Made by a program: the position numbers and the translations under genes. A DNA stretch of 64,000 nt from positions 20,508,795 through 20,572,794 of the forward strand of contig NC_092670.1 of assembly GCF_964355755.1 (NCBI RefSeq), written 5' to 3'. Positions 59,233 to 64,000 of this stretch are shown in pieces (the first letter of the stretch is position 1; each line of letters opens with the position of its first letter). The DNA comes from Antedon mediterranea. Lineage: Eukaryota; Animalia; Echinodermata. The notes under the pieces were generated by a model, which saw nothing but the letters and a program-made list of their open reading frames with translations, was not told the origin of the DNA and did no database searches.

Positions 59233-61939
59233 TTAACCGCTGTTGACCAGATGAGCGTTTCAGTATCCGTCATCCACTTAATTGTGTCTTCACCACCAAT
59301 GCACACTTTGCATCACACTCCACATGCCTCTGTTTGCAATCTGGACCATTGGGCTACTGTAGATTCCCTAGCCTATAACATCTGCAGAATTATTCAATTA
59401 AGGCTAATTTTTCCTAGAATTCTCATCATCATAGAGAGTTGTCTGCTTAGTTAGAGCTTAGTAACTCAATCCAGCCATTCTGCACCAAAGTTGTTATAAT
59501 CTGATTGTACGATTCCTAGCATCAGATCTTTTTATGATATCCAATTAACATAAAGTCATTGGCCACATATAATATGAATCACGCAATTCAACAGATAGTA
59601 TTTGGACACAAATTATATGATTCAGATAGCTTGTTGAACTTTTCAGACCTGATCATTAAGTGCTGTGTTAGTCAGAGCATAGCCAATAGTTTGGCTATTA
59701 GTGACACTGTTATGATCTTGTAAACAGTAAAAGTCATTTCCATTTAAAAAAAAAATATTAAAACCACACCCAATAGGTAAAATGAGCAAAATGTTATGTG
59801 CATAAGCAATTGGGCTTTCTAAGATGGTTACATTTCTTTGGTAAAAAAACATGGGTTGGGGTAACATTGTGCTTGGTGACAAAAAAAGAATTGAGTGAAA
59901 ATAAAAGGATGATAGATGGGATCATGGGTGTCTGGTGGGAAAACATTGGCTGGGTCACCTGTTGTACAGGAGTACATGTAACCTTTCAATCTCTTCCCAG
60001 CACAATTATCCTTGATTTAAACTAATTTCATGCTTCCAATGTCAAGAAAATAACTTTTTTTTAAATGTGCTCATATTACTAGTTTCTTTCCATGGCTTTT
60101 GGGCCTACTGATTATCATCTGCCTCCATCTGGGCTCTAGGCTGTCTCTCTCTGTTAACACCTGTCTCAATGTATTTAAATGGTAATACGACTCTTTGGGA
60201 ACCACTTACCAAAGCCACGCATTTTCAAGTAGCAATTGTTGAAATTGTCGGTGTTCTTTAATATTTTAATTGTTCTAAATTTGTAATTTATGGGGAAATG
60301 TTTACGATTCTATTGTCCTTCGGGAAAACACATAAAAATAGAAGTACTATCACTGAGGAGATACCTAATATTATTATTAGGACATCTCATTTTAATACTA
60401 GATGGGGAAATGCCTATCTTAAAAATCATTATTGTACTTAAGGACATTTTTAAGGTTGTACTTGAAGAGTTTCATCCGACGTTATTCCCTCAGTTTGTAG
60501 TAAACTAAGAGAACACAGTTAATCCAGTACACAGCTAATAGTAAACTATGGCAAGCCATTTGTGCCAAAATATATACTTGTAAGTAATAAAATATGGAAT
60601 CACAATGCCAAGTGTAAAGTTTCTCAATAGCCTTGACTTGTGTACTACTTACAGTTATTTTATTTAATACACAGGAGATTATTATAATTCTTAATGACAG
60701 GTCACATAACTTCGTACAAGTTGTAAGATCTGAGGGGGTCCTTATAAAGGATTATGAAGGGAGGAGCTGAGCACGGCCTTGCATTATGTAGGGAGCCAGA
60801 CTGGGTCCAATGGTAGGCATTGTCTTTTGCTGAGCTTATAAACCAAGGAGATTATAGTTAAAGGTTAATATATTTCTGCATCATACATAAATTGATTTAA
60901 TCTCATCTAATCTAATCTTAATCTGATCTTTCCGTAAAGATTTTTGGAGCTTAAGTATTTATCAAACTGTATATTGTGGGTAATTGGCCACTATTTCGGA
61001 AAATTCTGAACATTCTAAGACCCAGAAAGCTGAGTAATATTAAGAGTTTATTTTTTAGGTGACATAAGGTGGTGTGATTATTTTGTACTATTATGGGCAA
61101 TACTTACTGGTTATCGCTAAACAATTTAAGACTAATTATTTATAGCAGCATATTAGACATGTATTGTTTATACAGCAAATAGCAATAAAAAAATGTTTAT
61201 AATACTTTGTTGATTACAAAAAGCACTTACTTAAATAATCTACTTAGCTTGTTGATTGATCAAATTAAAGTTAGTACATTACCCTTGTAAAACAGAGTTC
61301 CATAATCTTTTTCTTTGCCAATATGTACTGTCTGGTAATTGGTATGTTGTTCTTTATTTAAAAAAAAACAAAATTCCCTTGTGTGTTGGTTGTATTAAAT
61401 TTTAAAAAAGTAGTTGCTGGTAGGAAGGCCACTGTGCAATAGAGATAGTTGTATGTTTTGGTGCCAATTTGGCCAATATGTGTGGTAGTACCACTGCCAG
61501 GGAGTTGTAAATTATTTTATTAGATGGTAACTGCATAGTTTCAGGCTATTAGGTTAGGTGACTTTACATACAGTGCTGCATCTTTGATACAATCAAACTA
61601 TTGTGTTATAATAATCTATTATCAGAATTCAAAGGCTTATTTCTTATGTTTGCAGGGCAAAATTTAAAAAGCAACTGATGCTAAAGATAAGATAACTTTC
61701 AGGTTATGACTCAAACAGATGAAGGACAAAATCATTTAAGATTGGTCAAATTTAGGAAAACCTAAACTATGTAAACATAACTAAGTTACATACTATATCA
61801 CGACCCATGTCCCTGGAGAAATACATCCAAGGAAAGCAACATTTTGGAAAAGAACATCAGACCATACTATTTCATTCCTTAATGTAATTTTAGGAAAAAA
61901 CTAGGAATTGTTTAGGTACTGTACTGTATTCCTCCTGAG

Positions 61940-62730
61940 AAACGTATCCCAAAGGAACTTTGTATTGTAGAGAAAGATATCATTCCTCCATTGCTCAGAT
62001 TTGGTTAGGAAAACCTGATTAAGTTATAGTAGTACAGTACTGTTACTGAGACAGTATCTTGTTCCGTTGGTACAGTATATCCCAGAGAAGTTTGTAGGGA
62101 AAGATATCATTCCTCAACTGCTCAGATTGGTTAGGAAAACCTGATTAAGTTATAGTAGTACAGTACTGTTACTGAGACAGTATCTTGTTCCGTTGGTACA
62201 GTATATCCCAGAGAAGTTTGTAGGGAAAGATATCATTCCTCAACTGCTCAGATTGGTTAGGAAAACCTGATTAAGTTATAGTAGTACAGTACTGTTACTG
62301 AGACAGTTTCTTGTTCCGTTGGTACAGTATATCCCAGAGAAGTTTGTAGGGAAAGATATCATTCCTCAACTGCTCAGATTGGTTAGGAAAACCTGATTAA
62401 GTTATAGTAGTACAGTACTGTTACTGAGACAGTTTCTTGTTCCGTTGGTACAGTATATCCCAGAGAAGTTTGTAGGGAAAGATATCATTCCTCAACTGCT
62501 CAGATTTGGTTAGGAAAACCTGATTAAGTTATTATGTAGTACAGTACTGTTACTGAGACAGTATCTTGTTCCGTTGGTACAGTATATCCCAGAGAAGTTT
62601 GTAGGGAAAGATGTCATTCCTCAACTGCTCAGATTGGTTAGGAAAACCTGACTAAGTTATAGTAGTACAAATGTTTAATATCTCATTCCATTGGTACAGT
62701 ATGTATCTATCCCAGAGAACTTTGTAGGAA
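61940..62730. repeat. ~126-bp tandem array, 5-6 units, with degenerate flanking units
   Basis: AAGATRTCATTCCTC recurs at about 61974, 62101, 62227, 62353, 62479, 62608. Confidence 0.95.
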
Positions 62731-64000
62731 AACAACAAACGCTATCAATTTCATCTCTTGGCTGGTCAGATTGTGTTTAAATTAAGTTAGTATCGTGATC
62801 TTTGTCCCTAGATACATCTATCCCTTAGGAAGATATTAGGGAAAGGATGATAATGTAAAGGAATTGATATTGCCAACAGGTGAATAGCTTAATAGGATAT
62901 CTTACAAAATATCTGTAGATTTTTGTTGTACGTAAGGAATAACAAAAATATATTGACTAACCAAATAAATAGAATATCCATGGTGTGTTTTAATACATTG
63001 GCCAGGGTTGTATAGTCAGTTATTACTACACTTTATTTTTATTCTGCTGATTTCATAACTGCACAAAACAATACTTGCGTGTAGTATACTTTCATCATGT
63101 CACGAAAACTTTATTTTTTCAATTCAAACAATCCTTGCCTTAGTACTTATTTGTAGGCCTCATCTACAGCTTTTATAACATATAAATCTAGATCTAAAAG
63201 TTAAAAGCATCTTACAATCATTTTACACTGTCAAATTTGATGTATTTTAAAAGGCTTATCTATCCTTAAAGTTTGATTAAACTTGCACTGACAATAAATA
63301 ATAAAAGCCATATTGATCCAGCGCAAGATTTGATAGATTCGGACAGTTGTTAGCAACTGATTGTAACTAGCTATGTAAAGAATGGAACTCACTTAAGTAC
63401 TTACATTTTTCAAACTGTTGAGTAAATATCTGCAAACCTAAATCTTCGAAAAGTAGTAAATGTTTATATTTTAATTTTGTAGCTTTTTTTCTTACATTGA
63501 TTAATGGATGTACTAATATATACAAAATCTTTGGTTTAAAATGTTTAGTTTATTTAAATTCACTGTGTAGAATGGTTTAGTTACTGTCCATATAGCTGCG
63601 TTAATAAAACCGATTTAAGGCGATGTGAACCATATTGGTTGCAAGTGCTTATATAATCTGGGAATTTTTTTATTATACCTTTGTCGTTAACTTTGATATA
63701 CTGATAAATCTGATATACCTCTGATAGGTTTCAGGTACAGTACATTCAATGTTACGTTATATTGCACGTACGCAGAACAAGTTAAACCACTTGATGAATT
63801 TCAATATATTTAACGCTGATAAAGAAAAGAGAATGTTTATTAATATTAGCATAGCTTATGATTCATTATCAAGTCCTTGGGGAGTAAAACAAATGTTTAA
63901 TGTACGATTTTAAAAAGTTTTCTTTATAGTAAGTAACCTTGATTTTATCATGGATTATAATCAAAAGTGTGATACCATCAGGTAATTTAAAACTAAATAC

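Noticed and set aside
58999-59454. 151-aa plus-strand ORF, considered as the missing NDUFAB1 last exon or a nested gene
   Set aside because: Half of it is the antisense of a SINE; no acyl carrier protein similarity
61321-61350. TACTGTCTGGTAA resembling miR-8/200
   Set aside because: Seed incomplete and no precursor hairpin visible

Overview
AT-rich, intron-rich animal genomic DNA, probably a marine invertebrate deuterostome such as an echinoderm (inference only). It is gene-dense, with eight spliced genes I assembled by hand: synaptogyrin (-), ZNF598 (+), Flightless-I (+), DPH7 (-), DRC3/LRRC48 (+), ATPAF2 (-), GID4 (+) and NDUFAB1 (+, last exon not found in the window). Six of them form three head-to-head pairs. 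Introns hold many non-autonomous transposons (PIF/Harbinger, hAT, Tc1/mariner, Ginger-like, Kolobok-like MITEs and tRNA-derived SINEs) and three tandem arrays. Notable signals: (1) a duplicated Flightless-I exon that could give a truncated LRR+G1-G3 isoform; (2) two AT-AC minor-spliceosome introns in DRC3; (3) a repeat family carrying a minimal hammerhead-ribozyme motif, one copy of which has grown a ~1.7 kb 14-mer satellite from the ribozyme core; (4) 17+17 bp palindromes with 7-bp target duplications, resembling P-element excision footprints; (5) a hAT element inserted into the compact ATPAF2/GID4 bidirectional promoter; (6) gene neighbourhoods shared with human 17p11.2 and 16p13.3. Identifications come from manual translation and recalled homologues; no searches were run.
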